Shown: in pieces, positions 1-11,952 of the stretch
Layout: every line of letters begins with the position of its first letter
Numbering within the stretch: the stretch's first letter is position 1
NCBI GenBank assembly: GCA_013239625.1
Contig: MU053588.1
Span: 893,988-957,987, forward strand
Length of the DNA stretch: 64,000 nt
Direction: 5' to 3'
Origin: Lama guanicoe
Lineage: Eukaryota
The notes under the pieces: model-generated
Database searches by the model: none
What the model was told of the DNA's origin: nothing
What the model saw: the letters and a program-made list of their open reading frames with translations, nothing else
Position numbers and translations under genes: made by a program

Positions 1-97
1 AGCATGCATGAGGTTCGGGGTTCAATCCCCAGCACCTCCCCTAAGAATAAATTAAAAAATAAACCTAATTACCTCCTCTCCCTGCCCCCAAAGAAGA
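1..97 (+). mobile_element. tRNA-derived SINE (camelid vic-1-like), 5' end outside the window
   Basis: B-box GGTTCAATCCC and the AAACCTAATTACCTCC tail shared with the other copies. Confidence 0.8.
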
Positions 98-749
98 AGT
101 GAGCGGTGAGCCAGGTGGAAAATGTAAGAGTCTATGATCCCCACAACAGCAGCCTCTGACTCCAGCGCCCACCCCGTCCAACCCTTGGGAGGTATCTCTA
201 ACCAGAAAAGTGGGCTTGGGTTCTACTGGGTGGGTGGTCAGGTTTGGGAACTAGATTTGCTGCTTCAGCTCCATCAAAGACCCACATGTGAAAGGTAAAT
301 TGATAAAGTGAATAGGAAAAAAAAAATGTGGCCTACTCTTGCCACTTAGGAGCAGGAGAAAAAAAAATTTTTTTTATCTTTCAAAAGAAAAACAATAAAG
401 TAAAAAATAATCAATTCATTTGCCCCCCAGAAGTCAAGAATTTCTTTGGCCAAGTCTGAAGTGTGGAGGGGAAAGGTCTTTTTACCCAAGGGGGCTAGAT
501 CAACTGGATATGAAAATGAGAATTTAAAAGAAAAAGGAACATCAACCCTTACTCAAATCAAACATAAAAATTAACCCAAAATGAATCCTGGACTTGAATG
601 TAACACCTAAAACTATAAACCTTCTAGAAGGAAATAGAGGGAAAAAATCTTTGTTACCTTGGAGTAGACCAACATGGGGTCTCATGACCTAGGTTTTTCA
701 ACAAACAATTGGTTTTAAAGACAAAGAGGGAGGGGGTGCTCTTTGCTTT

Positions 750-1229
750 TGTGTGCCGGGCACCAGTGTGAACCTAAGCATCCAGCAGAGTCCATGGGCC
801 CCTGTTCGGAATCAAGTTTATAAAGGTGTAAAATGCACAGGACTGCAAAGGAAACTCATTGTGTTAATCCAAAGTTAGTTAAAAAAAAAAGTGCTATAGT
901 AATATATGTGCCTTTTAAAGAAAAAGACCTGGCTGCAAACCCAATAACTACCATAATTTCTGAGCAGTGCTGAGTAAAACCAGTGTTTCAAGATATCTGC
1001 AACCACTGTGATGTGCTATGAAACATCTGTGATTTATTTTGGTGACAGAGTCCTAGGTTCTGCCAACAGTACCGTGATTCATTGCCAACATTCGTAATTT
1101 ACAGAAATATTTAATGTCAGTTAGCAGTTCGTGAAAACAAAGATGCCATTTTTTTCCCCACCAAAGGTGATAGACTCCAAGAACTCTGGGCCCCTTGGAG
1201 GTCCCAGGACTCCAGCTTAAGAACCCCTG
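750..1229. mobile_element. hAT-Charlie-type DNA transposon relic (MER119-like)
   Basis: Ends in TTAAGAACCCCTG, a Charlie-type terminus; family name from recall. Confidence 0.45.
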
Positions 1230-1467
1230 CAGATTAAAAATGCAGCGTGTACATCTTGTGTAGCTCCTGATTTGAACCAACCCATTTAAAAAGACATTTC
1301 TGAGACAACTGGGATATTTAAACAGAGTATGTGTTACAAGATAGTGAGGAAATATTGTTAAGTGTTTGGTCTGATAATGGCATTGTGGTTACGATTTTTG
1401 TAAAGTCATTATTTGGTTGAGATAGATAATGAAGTGTTTGAGATAGATAATTACAGGCAGGGTTGGT

Positions 1468-1489
1468 TGTGTGTGTGTGTGTGTGTGTG
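1468..1489. repeat. (TG)n microsatellite
   Basis: About 11 TG units. Confidence 0.9.
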
Positions 1490-1711
1490 GCTTAAACTTA
1501 GGGTTCGTTTTAAAGTCTTACAACTAGAGGGGAGTGAGGGAACTTTCTGAGGTGATGGCGATGTTCTATTTCTTAATAAAGATTGGGGTTACACAGGTAT
1601 AAGCAGTTGTCAAAATCCATGGAATTGCACACTTAAGGTTTTACATTTCTCAGTGTACAAATTTTACCTTAAACGTAAGTAAATAAATCTTGAACTCTAG
1701 GTAATGGGATG

Positions 1712-2150
1712 CATGTAAGTTTCCCAGGGCTACCATAACAAAATACCACAAACTGGGTGGCTTAAAACAACAGAAATTTACTCTCTCATGGTCCTAGAGG
1801 CTAGAAGTCTGAAATCAAGGTGTTCACTGGGCCATGCTCTCTCGAAGCTTCTAGAAGAGGATCCTTCCTTGCCTCTTTCAAGCTTCTGGTCCATCCCAGG
1901 AGTCCCTTGGCTTGTGGTTGCTTCACTGCAGTCTCTGCCTGTCTTCACAGGCCTTCTCCCTGTGTCTCTGTGTCTTCGCACGGCTGTCTTCTCATAAGGG
2001 CACCAGTCATACTGAGTTAGGAGCCTCTAGCGTGACCTCCTCTTAACTAAGTACATCTGCATCTTATTTGGAAATAAGGTCACATTCTACAGTACTGGGG
2101 GTTAGAACTTCAACCAGGCTTTTTGGGGGGACAAAATTCAACTCATAATC
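1712..2150. mobile_element. MaLR MLT1-type LTR
   Basis: ACAAACTGGGTGGCTTAAAACAACAGAAATTTA...CTAGAGGCTAGAAGTCTGAAATCAAGGTGT signature. Confidence 0.75.
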
Positions 2151-2399
2151 ATGTGCTTGCTAAGCTCCAGTTCTAACCACCCCTTTGAGTTACTCATCGC
2201 TAAGTACTCGCATGTGTATGTGTGACGCCCATGTTAACACACTTCTGTTTGTTTTTCTCTCGTTAGTCAGTCTTTTGTCTGTCTCATTTATAGGGCTCCA
2301 GGCAGAGAACCTTGGACTGGAGAGGGAAAACGATTTCTTTCCTCCACTGTAAGTCCAGGGGACTCCTTGAGATGAGAAAGGTTGGAACTAAGAGTCTGG

Positions 2400-3850
2400 G
2401 AAGAGTTCACAGGTCAGAGACCTGGAGAGTAGAGAGCTGCTCAGGGAGAGGTCAGCAGAGACGCCTCTGAGTAGTCAGCAGGGCGCTGATCAGTGAGGAA
2501 ACGGCCTATTTCATCTGCACTGTACTATCCTGAAACTACCGGCTACCTGAAAGGATTAGAGAACAGCGCCCACACTTACCCAGGGCCCCCAGTAGTGCCT
2601 GTCCCCACCAGCCAGACTGGAAAACCTCATCCTTCATGGGGTGGTGAGTGAAATACTCAGGAAGTTCCTGCCTCCGTAGTGGGAACAATTAGGCTTAGAC
2701 AGAGCACTGCTCAGAGCCCACCTCAGACAACATGAATGTAAAACCCCAAAGCATCAAACTGCCTCCACGTCACAACCCAGAACAAACCTCGACAGTACTC
2801 ATAAGAACGCAGAAACTAGTCAGCACTCAACAAGGCAAAACCAAAGCTCACTGAGCATTCAGAGAAGCAGCAAAACATGATGAAATTAATCAGGAACTGA
2901 AACTGACCCCAAACTGACACACATGTTAGAACTATCAACAAGGACATGAGAACCATTATCACAACTCTGTTCCATATGCTCAAAAAGTTAACTAGAGACA
3001 TGGAAGATAGACAACAGACCCAAACTGAACCTCTTGAGATTAAAAACTACAGAGGATGTGATGAGAAAAATTACATTGGATGGAAATAAGACAGATCACA
3101 CATTGCTGGAAAAAAAGACTCCTGAATCTGAAGGAGAAGCAGTCCAAAATGAAACATATGGGAAAAAAATAGAAAAAAAAATGAAAAGAGCATCACTGAG
3201 CTGTGGGACAATTTGAAGCAACCTAATATATAGTGAATATGAGTTCTCAAACAAAGGGGGAGGGCAGAAAAATATCTGAAGAAATGATGGCCCCCAAATT
3301 TCCAAATCTAATGAAAACTATAAATCCACAGACCCCAAAAGTGCAACCAAACCCAACCCATAAAATGTGAACAGAACTATACCAACACACCTGATCATCA
3401 AATCGCTCAAAACCAGCAAGGTAGAGAAAATTCTTAAAAGCAGCCATAGACTATGTGAGGCAGGGCGAATATAGCTCAAGTGGTAGAGAGCATGCTTGGC
3501 ATACACAAGGTCCTGGGTTCAATCTGCAGTATCTCCTGTAAAAATAAATAAATAAGTAAACCTAATTACCAAAAAACAAAAATTTTTTAAAAAGTTTAAA
3601 GGAAAAAGCAGCCAGAGAAAAAGACATCTTAACTACAGAGGAATAAAGATAAAAACATCAGATTTCTTGTCAGAAACCATTTGAGCAGGTGAGCAGTATC
3701 TTTTAAAGTATTGCAGTTAAAACCCCAAACTGTCAACCTAGCATTCAATACCCAGGGAAAACATCTTTCCAAAACAAAGGCAACTAAATGGAATATTATT
3801 CAGCCATAAAAAGAAATTACTTACTGATACATGTGATGAATTGGGAGACC
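2400..3850 (+). mobile_element. Old L1 5'/ORF1 relic
   Basis: A-rich decayed ORF1-like sequence (CTGTGGGACAAT, GAAGAAATGATGGCCCCCAAATTTCCAAATCT, AAAGCAGCCAGAGAAAA); approximate bounds. Confidence 0.6.
3451..3600 (+). mobile_element. tRNA-derived SINE inserted in an L1 relic
   Basis: A-box TAGCTCAAGTGG, B-box GGTTCAATC; TSD AAAAGCAGCCA(T/G)AGA. Confidence 0.85.
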
Positions 3851-4811
3851 TGGATGAACTGGGAGAGTGCCAAGTTAGGTGAAGTAAGACAAGCCTTTTG
3901 AGCAGGTACTTCTGGTGGGAGCCACCAGACAGATCAAAACGAACAACCATAATTCTTTGAGAAGGTCCGTTCTGCTGCCTCCAGAACCAACAATGCAGGC
4001 TGTTGTCTCCAAGGCTGCTGCTGCTGACCTGGATGGAACCAGGGTAGGTTAAAGTGCACACAGTTTTTTCACTGGGACTCAGTTATTTTTTTCTGTGATA
4101 TGACTTTGCCACTGAGCCATCAAGAGTTGGAGTCTAGTTCCTCTCCCCGTGAATTTGGATTGACCTTAGCGACTGGGTTGTAACCCACAGGTTGGGATGG
4201 ATGTGATGTTGCATCACTAAGAAGGCAAATTCCAGAGAAGGCTTGTGGCTCCCACCCTGACTGCTTACAACACTTTCACAAACCTCCATGCTGGGAGGAA
4301 GCTCAAGTTATGCAGAGGCCACATGACCTTTATGTCATTCAGCCCAGGCACCAGACACATGAGTAAAGAAGCTTCCAGATAACTTCAAATTCAGCCATTT
4401 GAGGCACCCCCAGTGACACAGATTTTCCTAGCTGGGGTACCAGACACTGTGCAGCAGAGACAAGTAATCTTTGCTGTCTGTCTGAATGCCTGACCCACAG
4501 AATCATGAGCATAGTAGAAGGGTTGTGGCACCATCTCACTCAGGGCAAAAGAACAAGATCCTCATGGTACCCCATAAAGCACCACACAGTCTGACCCCAT
4601 CATCTCTCTGATCTGGGCTCCTCCCACTCTCCCCCTCACTCACTCTGTCGCAGCCATAGGGCCTCCTCCACTGACAATCCAACAAGCAGTATACTTCTAC
4701 CTCAGGGCCTTTGCACTGGCTGTTCTTTTTGCCCAGAATAGTCTTTCCCAAGTTGTCCCCCTCCCTGTCTCAGGTTCTTTGCTCAAATGTCCTAGTGATG
4801 CTTCTGACTCC

Positions 4812-5575
4812 CTGTATTAATTTCTGATGACTGCTATAATGTGTTACCACAAACATAGTGGCTAAAAACATCACAAATCATCTAATAGTTCCGGAGGTCA
4901 GAAGTCTAAAATGGGTCTGATGGGGCTAAAATCAAGCTGTAAGTGGAGCTGTGTTCTTGTGAAGGTTCTAGGGGAGAGTGTGTTTCCTTACCTTTTCCAG
5001 CTTCTAGGACCCACTGACCCTCCTTGGTTCATGGCCCCTCCTCGGCTCATGGCCCCTCCTCCATCTTCAAAGCACAACCTCTGTTTCCATCCTTCCATTT
5101 CACTTACTCTGACCCTCTTGCCTCCTTCTTTGAGGATCCTTGTGAGTTACACTGGGCCCATGTGGATAATCCAGAATAATCCTCTCATTTCAAGATCCTT
5201 AAGGAGGAAAGTGTGGGATGGGAAAGGATAACTTGAGAGTAGGGGATTTGCAGATACTAACTACCATACATAAAATAGATCAACAACAAGGTCCTCCTGT
5301 ATAGCACAAGGAACTATATTCGATATCCTGTAATAGTCCATAATGAAAAAGAATATGAAAACATATATATATACACATATATATATGTATAACTGAATCA
5401 CTATGCTGTACACCTGAAATTAACACAACATTGTAAATCAGCTATACATCAATTTAAAAAAAGATCCTTAATCATATCTGCAAAGTCCCTTTTGCCATAT
5501 AAGGGAACAAATTCACAGGTTCTGGGGATAGGATGTGAACATTTTGGGGGGCCATGTTTCTGTCTACCAACCACC
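4812..5575. mobile_element. MaLR MLT1-type LTR interrupted by a young L1 3' end
   Basis: TTACCACAAACATAGTGGCTAAAA...GGAGGTCAGAAGTCTAAAATGGGTC. Confidence 0.7.
5203..5460 (+). mobile_element. 5'-truncated lineage-specific L1 3' UTR
   Basis: AACAACAAGGTCCTCCTGTATAGCAC...ACTGAATCACTATGCTGTACACCTGAAATTAACACAACATTGTAAATC plus A tail; perfect TSD AAGATCCTTAA (5192-5202 / 5461-5471). Confidence 0.85.
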
Positions 5576-6204
5576 CTATTGAAAATTGCAATCTTCCCTA
5601 CCCAAGCACTTCCAATCTCTTTGTTGTTTAATTTTTTTTCTCTTTTCCCCCCTCGGCTTAATTTTTTCCATAGTTTTTATCACTTTCTAACATAGTACAT
5701 AATCCACTAATTTATGATATTGCTTATTATGGGCTTTGCCCTGCTAGAGCATTGGCTCCTGAAATACCCTGGCACCTGGGATAGTACCAGACACGTAATA
5801 GGTGCTCAAAAATATCATGAATGAGTGAATGGGTTACTCTCCAGAAGACTGGACCATGATCCACTCCCACAGGCGGTGCGAGGGCTGCCATGTTTCCCAG
5901 CGCCAGGTCCAGGTATTGATCTGACTCACTCACTGTATTACCACCTACTGCATGCATGCTTTCTGGGCTGTTCTGTTGGTCCCTGCCTTTGCAACTCCTG
6001 CCAACTGTATTATCCAGCTTTCTAAATTTTGTCCCATCAATAGATATTAAATGATATCTCATTGTTGTTTTAAGTTGCGTCTTTCAGATTACTATTGATT
6101 TTAAGAATTTCCCAATGTGCTGGTGAACAGTTTGGTTTGGGCTTCCTGACCTCATAATTCTCTGCTTGTGCCCCTTGCATATTTTTCTATCATGGTTGCT
6201 ATCT

Positions 6205-6342
6205 TTCTTTTTTTTTTTATTTTGGCAAGGGGGAATTAATTGGGTTTGTTTATTTTTTTTTTCAATACAGGTACTGGAGATTGAACCCAGGACCTCATGA
6301 ATGCTAAGTGTGCGCTCTACCACTTGAACTATACCCTTCCCC
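6205..6342 (-). mobile_element. tRNA-derived SINE
   Basis: Reverse complement of the same family; TSD GGTTGCTAT(C/T)TTTC. Confidence 0.85.
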
Positions 6343-6609
6343 ACAAAGGTTGCTATTTTTCTATGCTGATTTGCAGGAGTTCCTAGTAGCTTCTGAATTT
6401 TAATCACGCATCCATTTTAAATGTGGCAAATATCTTCTCTCATTCTGTCCATTAAATACTAACTTTATCTAGGATGTCTTTCCTTGAAAAGAGACTCAAT
6501 TTTGATATGAGCAAATTCATCACTTTTTTTTTTTTTGCCTTCTGGTTTATACTTTAGAAGTTTTGTTTTCGAAGTCTTTCCCCACCCTGAATTCACTGAT
6601 CCTCTAATC

Positions 6610-7630
6610 CCCAGGTGCATAACAAGCTGCGCTAGACTTGGTGGTGTGAAACAGCAAGCGTTTCCCTCATTTATCTCTCACGGTTCTGGGAGTGACTAGG
6701 CTTAGCTGAGCAGTTCTCACTTGGGGTCCCTCATGCCATTGACGCCAGATGGTGTCTAGGCCTGGAGTCATCTCATCCAGGCTTTCTCACTCACAAGTCT
6801 AGTAGTTGATGCCAGCTATTGGCTAGAACACAAAGCCTCTCCATGTGCCCTGGGCTTCCTTACAACATGGCAGCCGGATTCCAAGAAAAAGCATCCCAGA
6901 GGAGGCTGTAGCTCAGTGGTAGAGTGTGTGTTTAGCATGCACAAGGTCCTGGGTTCAATCCCTAGTACCTACATTAAAAAAAGAAATGAATTTATTTATA
7001 AATTATAAATAAACTTAACCCAAAAAATAAATTTTAAAAAATTAAATTAAATTAAAAGAAGAGCATCCCAAGAGAGCCAAGCTGAAGCCTTTTATGACCC
7101 AGCCTGAGAAGTCACTGTTATGAACTGAAATTGGGTGTCCCACCAAAATTTATATATTGAAGCCCTAATCCCCAATGGGGTGGTATTTGGAGATGGGGCC
7201 TTTGGGAGGTAATAAGAGTTAGATGAGGTCATGAAGGCAGGATCCTGTTTGGATGGGAATTGTGTCCTTATAAGAAGAGACACCAGGGAACTTGCTCTCT
7301 CTCTTTCTGCCAGGTATGAGGTCACAGTGAGGAGGCAGCTGACTGCAAGCCAGGGAAAGAGCCCTCACCAGAACTCAACCCTGCTGGCCCCCTGATCATG
7401 GACTTCTCAGCCTCTAAAACTGTGAGAGAATTAATTTCTGTTGTTTAAACCACCCACTCTGTGGGACTTCATAATGGCAGGCTGAGCAGATTAAGAAACT
7501 CACCCAGCATTACTTGCAACACATTTTTTTTGTTAGAAATGTGTCACTTGAGGCTGGTCCATTTTCAAGACAAGGGGGATGAGACCCCACCTTTTGATGG
7601 GAGATGTCTCAAAGAATTTGTGGACATATC
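6610..7630. mobile_element. MLT1-type LTR with nested SINE and nested MST/MLT1A-like LTR (about 7117-7497)
   Basis: MaLR motifs on both sides; inner LTR TGTTATGAACTGAAATTGGGTGTCCCACCAAAATT...GAGCAGATTAAGA. Confidence 0.6.
6899..7055 (+). mobile_element. tRNA-derived SINE
   Basis: TAGCTCAGTGGTAGAG...GGTTCAATCCC; TSD ending AGCATCCCA. Confidence 0.85.
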
Positions 7631-8039
7631 ACTGTGATAGCCTCCCCCATTTTCTTTTATTAACTCCATAGTTTAGGTCTTTATTTCATTTGGAGTCTAC
7701 CTTTGTTTATGGTGTGAGGTAAGGATGCTTTCCCCCCCTCCATATAGAGAGCCAGTTTTACCGCTGCCACAATGAATAATCCATCCTTTCCCATGGAATG
7801 GCAGTGTCACCTCTATCATTTTGTTAAGTCCCTAGACATGCCAGTGTCTGCCTGTGACTCTATTCTGTTCCTTTGCTTTGTTCATCTGTTCCTGCCTCAA
7901 TACCATAGTTTTTATTAACATGGCTTTGCCATGTAGCTTAGTAGTTGATAAAGCAAGCCCTCCCCTCTTTCCTTTTTAATGTTGACTTAGTTATTTGTAC
8001 ACCTTTATTCCTCATACAAATTTTAGAATAGATTTTATC

Positions 8040-8190
8040 GGGGGGAGGGTATAGCTCAGTGGTAGAGCACATGCCTAGAATGCATGAGGTCCTGGGTTCA
8101 ATCCCCAGTACCTCCGTTAAAAAGTAAATAAAAATAAATAAACCTGATTACCTCCCCCCCAAAATAAATAAAAACAAAGTTAAAAGAAAA
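8040..8190 (+). mobile_element. tRNA-derived SINE (young, near consensus)
   Basis: GGGGAGGGTATAGCTCAGTGGTAGAGC...GGTTCAATCCCCAGTACCTCC, A-rich tail; TSD AGATTTTATC (8030-8039 / 8191-8200). Confidence 0.9.
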
Positions 8191-8872
8191 AGATTTTATC
8201 AAGCATCTCAAAAAAATCCATCCAGAATTCTGATTGAGATTGCTTTGAAGTTATCAGCTGATTTGGAGAGAACTGACATGTGGCTAATATTCAGAGATCT
8301 TACGCAGAGGCATGAGTGGTCTCATTTTTTTTCAGATTATCTTTTATATCCTTTATAGGCATATTAATGTTTTTTTCCATCAAGGCCTTATGTATATTTG
8401 ATTAAGTTATTAGGTAAGCTATAGTTTTGGTTGCTACTGAGGACCCCACCAGTTGTTTAAATTGTGTTTTGATTGATTATTACGGAGTTACTGAAATGAT
8501 ATTGATTCTTTTTTCTTTTTTATTATATATATTATTTTATTCATTTTCTCAAACCCTTGAGTCAAGGGCTGACTTTCAATAATGATGATTCTTGTAGTCT
8601 TATCCTAAATCAACCATGATCCATCCTTCATGAAGAGCCTTCCTACTCTCTTTATTATGAAAGTGAGAAGTATTTCTAAAACATGTTGGCCAATCGTATC
8701 ATCAATGCCAGTCCATTTCTAATATTTATCATTCTAATTAGCAAAGCCCCTGGTGTTGATCAAAGATGGGTGAGTACCTTGCAGGAGCTACCTCTCCAGT
8801 CAGTTCTTAAACGCTAACTGACCAGCCCTGGAGTAACTGACCTTCGGGGCGTAGCTGAAAACCAACTCATAT

Positions 8873-8953
8873 AGACAGTAGGGGGCGCTGAGGCCTCACT
8901 TCTATTCGAGGAGGGTTACTGTGCACGGAGAATGTGGCCAGCAGGAGGCGCTA
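8873..8953 (+). promoter_or_regulatory. Two tandem CTCF-like motifs
   Basis: AGACAGTAGGGGGCGCTG (8873-8890) and TGGCCAGCAGGAGGCGCTA (8935-8953), compared with the consensus CCASYAGRKGGCRS. Confidence 0.6.
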
Positions 8954-9649
8954 TTATTGGGCAAGCACCTACTGTGTGCCAGGCACTGTGGCAGACATTA
9001 GGAATACAGCCATGCCTAAGGAGTTAATATTCTGAAAGCTGGGGGGGGGGATGGACAGACAATAAATTAAACTAATACACAATTAAATTCTGTGAGGAAA
9101 ATAAATTATTGTGACAAGATAGTGACGGGGTGGCTCCGTAGATGAAGGGCTCAAGGACAGCTGACCAGAATTTCATCTAAGTGATGAGGGACTCTGGGCG
9201 GAGAGCTCATGGCAGAGGAAACGTCCGTGGGTCCTGGACGGGAAGAGCCCCGTAGGAGTGAAGGTGAGAAAGGGGATAGTAGCGCAGGTGAAGGGCAGAG
9301 AGGAGAGGGATGAAGGCAGAGTGATGACAGGTGATGGGGTGGGGAGTTGAGGGGGGCACTTTGGTTTCTCTTCAGAAGCCAAAGGAAGCCTGTGAAAGGA
9401 GCAGGGTGAATAGAGACTAAGGTGAACGCGAAAAAGCATTATTTGGCTGCTAAGTGGGAAACAAGACCATAGACTCTGGGAGATAGGGTGAGGTGAATGT
9501 GGCCACAATGCCAGGTGGTGTGTCAGGTACGCTGTGCCCCTTGTGAAACTTCCTTATCTGAGGGCCTGTGATTCAGCATTCCCAAGGGACATCTTACTGG
9601 CCAGGGATGGTGGCTGTAAGGAACTAACTGTCCAGCCCTCCCTGCAATG

Positions 9650-9885
9650 ATAAGGGTGATAACAATGCTTATTATGTGCCTGACACTAGTCTATGATCTG
9701 TGCATTTAAACCTCACAACCACTCTGGGAAATGGTACTATTATAATCATCTTGATTTTACAGATATGGAAACTGAGGTACAGAGAGGTTGAGTGACTTGC
9801 TCAAGATCACATAGCTAGGAAGTAGGTCAGATGGCATTTGAATCCAGGCACTAACCCTAGAGTCCATGATCTTACCTGCTATAGT
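9650..9885. mobile_element. MIR
   Basis: TTTTACAGATATGGAAACTGAGGTACAGAGAGGTTGAGTGACTTGCTCAAGATCACATAGCTAG core. Confidence 0.75.
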
Positions 9886-10957
9886 ATGCTGCTTCCCAAT
9901 CCTTTGGTGGTAGCCTTGCTCTCAAATTGTATTGCTCTTTAGATAATATCTCAGTGAGCCATCAGTAGTCATTAACACCTCAGTATAAATTAGTCCACCT
10001 TTTCCTGCCACTGAAGAATAGCAGTCATCGTTATGGTTTATTAGAGACACTATAGTGTAGAAGTAGTTGGGTTCTGGGGTCATAACGCCTGGGACTGAAG
10101 CCCAGTGCCACTTCCCAGCTGAGTGACCTTAGGCAAATGACATCACTAATCTGGGCCTCAGTTTCCTCATCCATGAAGAACCCATTTTCCAGATGAGGAA
10201 TCTGAGAAGCCCAGCACATGGCACACCCAAGACTTAGCTTGAATGCCAGAAGGAGAGATTCCTCCATTACATTCTCTATTCAGTTGTGTGGAAGGAGGGG
10301 GCGCTGGGAGCCTGAGGTCGGTCTGTCTGCATGGGGACAGCAAAGTCACCTGAGGGCTGGATGGACCAGGTGATCATGGATGTCCCTCTTCTTCCAGGTC
10401 AGCTTCTCTTCCTACCAGCCTGGAGCTCAGACCCCTGGGATGGTTGCCTGATCCTGGCAGGGCTGCTGAGTGGCACGGGATGGGCATGGGGTGTGGGATC
10501 CCTGTTTATTCAGTAGAGGCAAGGTGGGAGATGTGCTTTGCTCTGGGGGAAGGTACCCCAGCTCTGGCCCAGCCCCAAGCCTAGCACAGCCACAGCCCCA
10601 CTCCATCCCCTGACCGTACACAGCTGGGACCATTGGCCCCAAACAGACCTACTGTTTAAATAATGAACTCCTTCCAGTTTTTGGTAAACAGCTACTACCC
10701 ACTTCTGAAATCCTAGCCCTTCCCCTGAAAGTCTTCAGGGCCCCCTTATACTCCAGCATGAGCATGCCCCAGCCCAGGGGGCATCCTTGAGCCATCTCTG
10801 GGGGACTTGTCCACCCTAATTGGTAAGTGGGCCTGCCAATATTTGGTCTCTTCCCTGGCTCAGCCCTAATGTCAATTCCTCCACCCACCAGTTCAGAGTC
10901 CTCAGATATGGGTACCCATTTCACACAACCCCTATGCATCCTTCAAAGCCCTGCCTA

Positions 10958-11090
10958 GGGAGAGGGTATGGCTCAGTGGTAGTGTGTGCCTAGCATGCAT
11001 GAGGTCCTGGGTTCAAACCCCAGTACCTCCATTAAATAAATAAATAAATCTAATTACCTCTCCCACTAGGGAAAAAAAAAGTAAAAATAA
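10958..11090 (+). mobile_element. tRNA-derived SINE
   Basis: Same family head and tail; degenerate TSD. Confidence 0.85.
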
Positions 11091-11823
11091 AACCCTGGCC
11101 GAGATGTCACTTTATTTAGGAAGCCCTCCAAGATTTCTTCACCACCCGACAAGTGAATGGCTCCTCCCACACCCTGGGCTCCCAAGTATCTTGGATCATT
11201 TCACACATTTTGCTCTAAACTTCCATCCACAGGCTCTTCTTCCCCACCAGTGTGTGAGCACCTGGATGCTAGGGACCACCTTCTGCTCATCTTTGTGGCC
11301 TCAATACCAATGGCCCTATTAAGCATACAATAGGTGCCCAATAAAATCTACAGAGTAGATGAATGGTTTGTTCATGTGCGCTGTGGTTATATCAGGCACA
11401 TTCCATCCTGTGCATCTCCTGTGGCCCAGAGATCACAGGCGGTCACCCCCACAGGAGCCCCCCTAGTGCCACCCACACGCTGAGGCCCTGCCTGCTGGGA
11501 CTGGGCCAAGGCTGGGGGGAGGTGGACAGGATATGAGTCCCAGGGGTGTGAGGTCAGCAGGGCCTGTTCTCATGCTCTCTGGCTGCAGAATGACTCTCCA
11601 TCTGTCCGGGAGCCGGGGTGCTTGGACCAGAGGAGAAGCAGCCGGAGAGAGGGAGGCGGGGGGAGGAGCTCAGGGCTGCTCCCAAATCAACCAGGAGAGG
11701 AAAAACAGGCACACAGTGTTATTGTTACAGAACCATTAAATACAACTTACAAACAAGCCAGGACAGTGTTGGGGGTTGGAGGGGACGGAGAGGGAGGGAG
11801 GGTGTCACAGAAGCCAGAGAGGG

Positions 11824-11952
11824 TCAGGGAGGTGCGGTCCGGGCACAGTCCTGGAGGGGGCTCAGGCTGCTGTCACCAGAGGGACTGGGTTGGCGGAGGC
11901 CTGGCTGCTTGTGGAGGCCTCGCAGCTTCACCAGCAGCTCCTGGACAAAGTC
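11824..11952 (-). CDS. PPP1R14A: PPP1R14A exon 4 (to stop)
   Basis: cag|GAC TTT GTC...CCC TGA; DFVQELLVKLRGLHKQPGLRQPSPSGDSSLSPLQDCARTAPP*. Confidence 0.96.
   Translation of the reverse strand, partial: DFVQELLVKLRGLHKQPGLRQPSPSGDSSLSPLQDCARTAPP

Noticed and set aside
8040..8115. tRNA-like sequence (also near 3460, 6270, 6900, 10960, 31480)
   Set aside because: Followed by a shared A-rich tail and flanked by TSDs, so these are SINE heads, not tRNA genes
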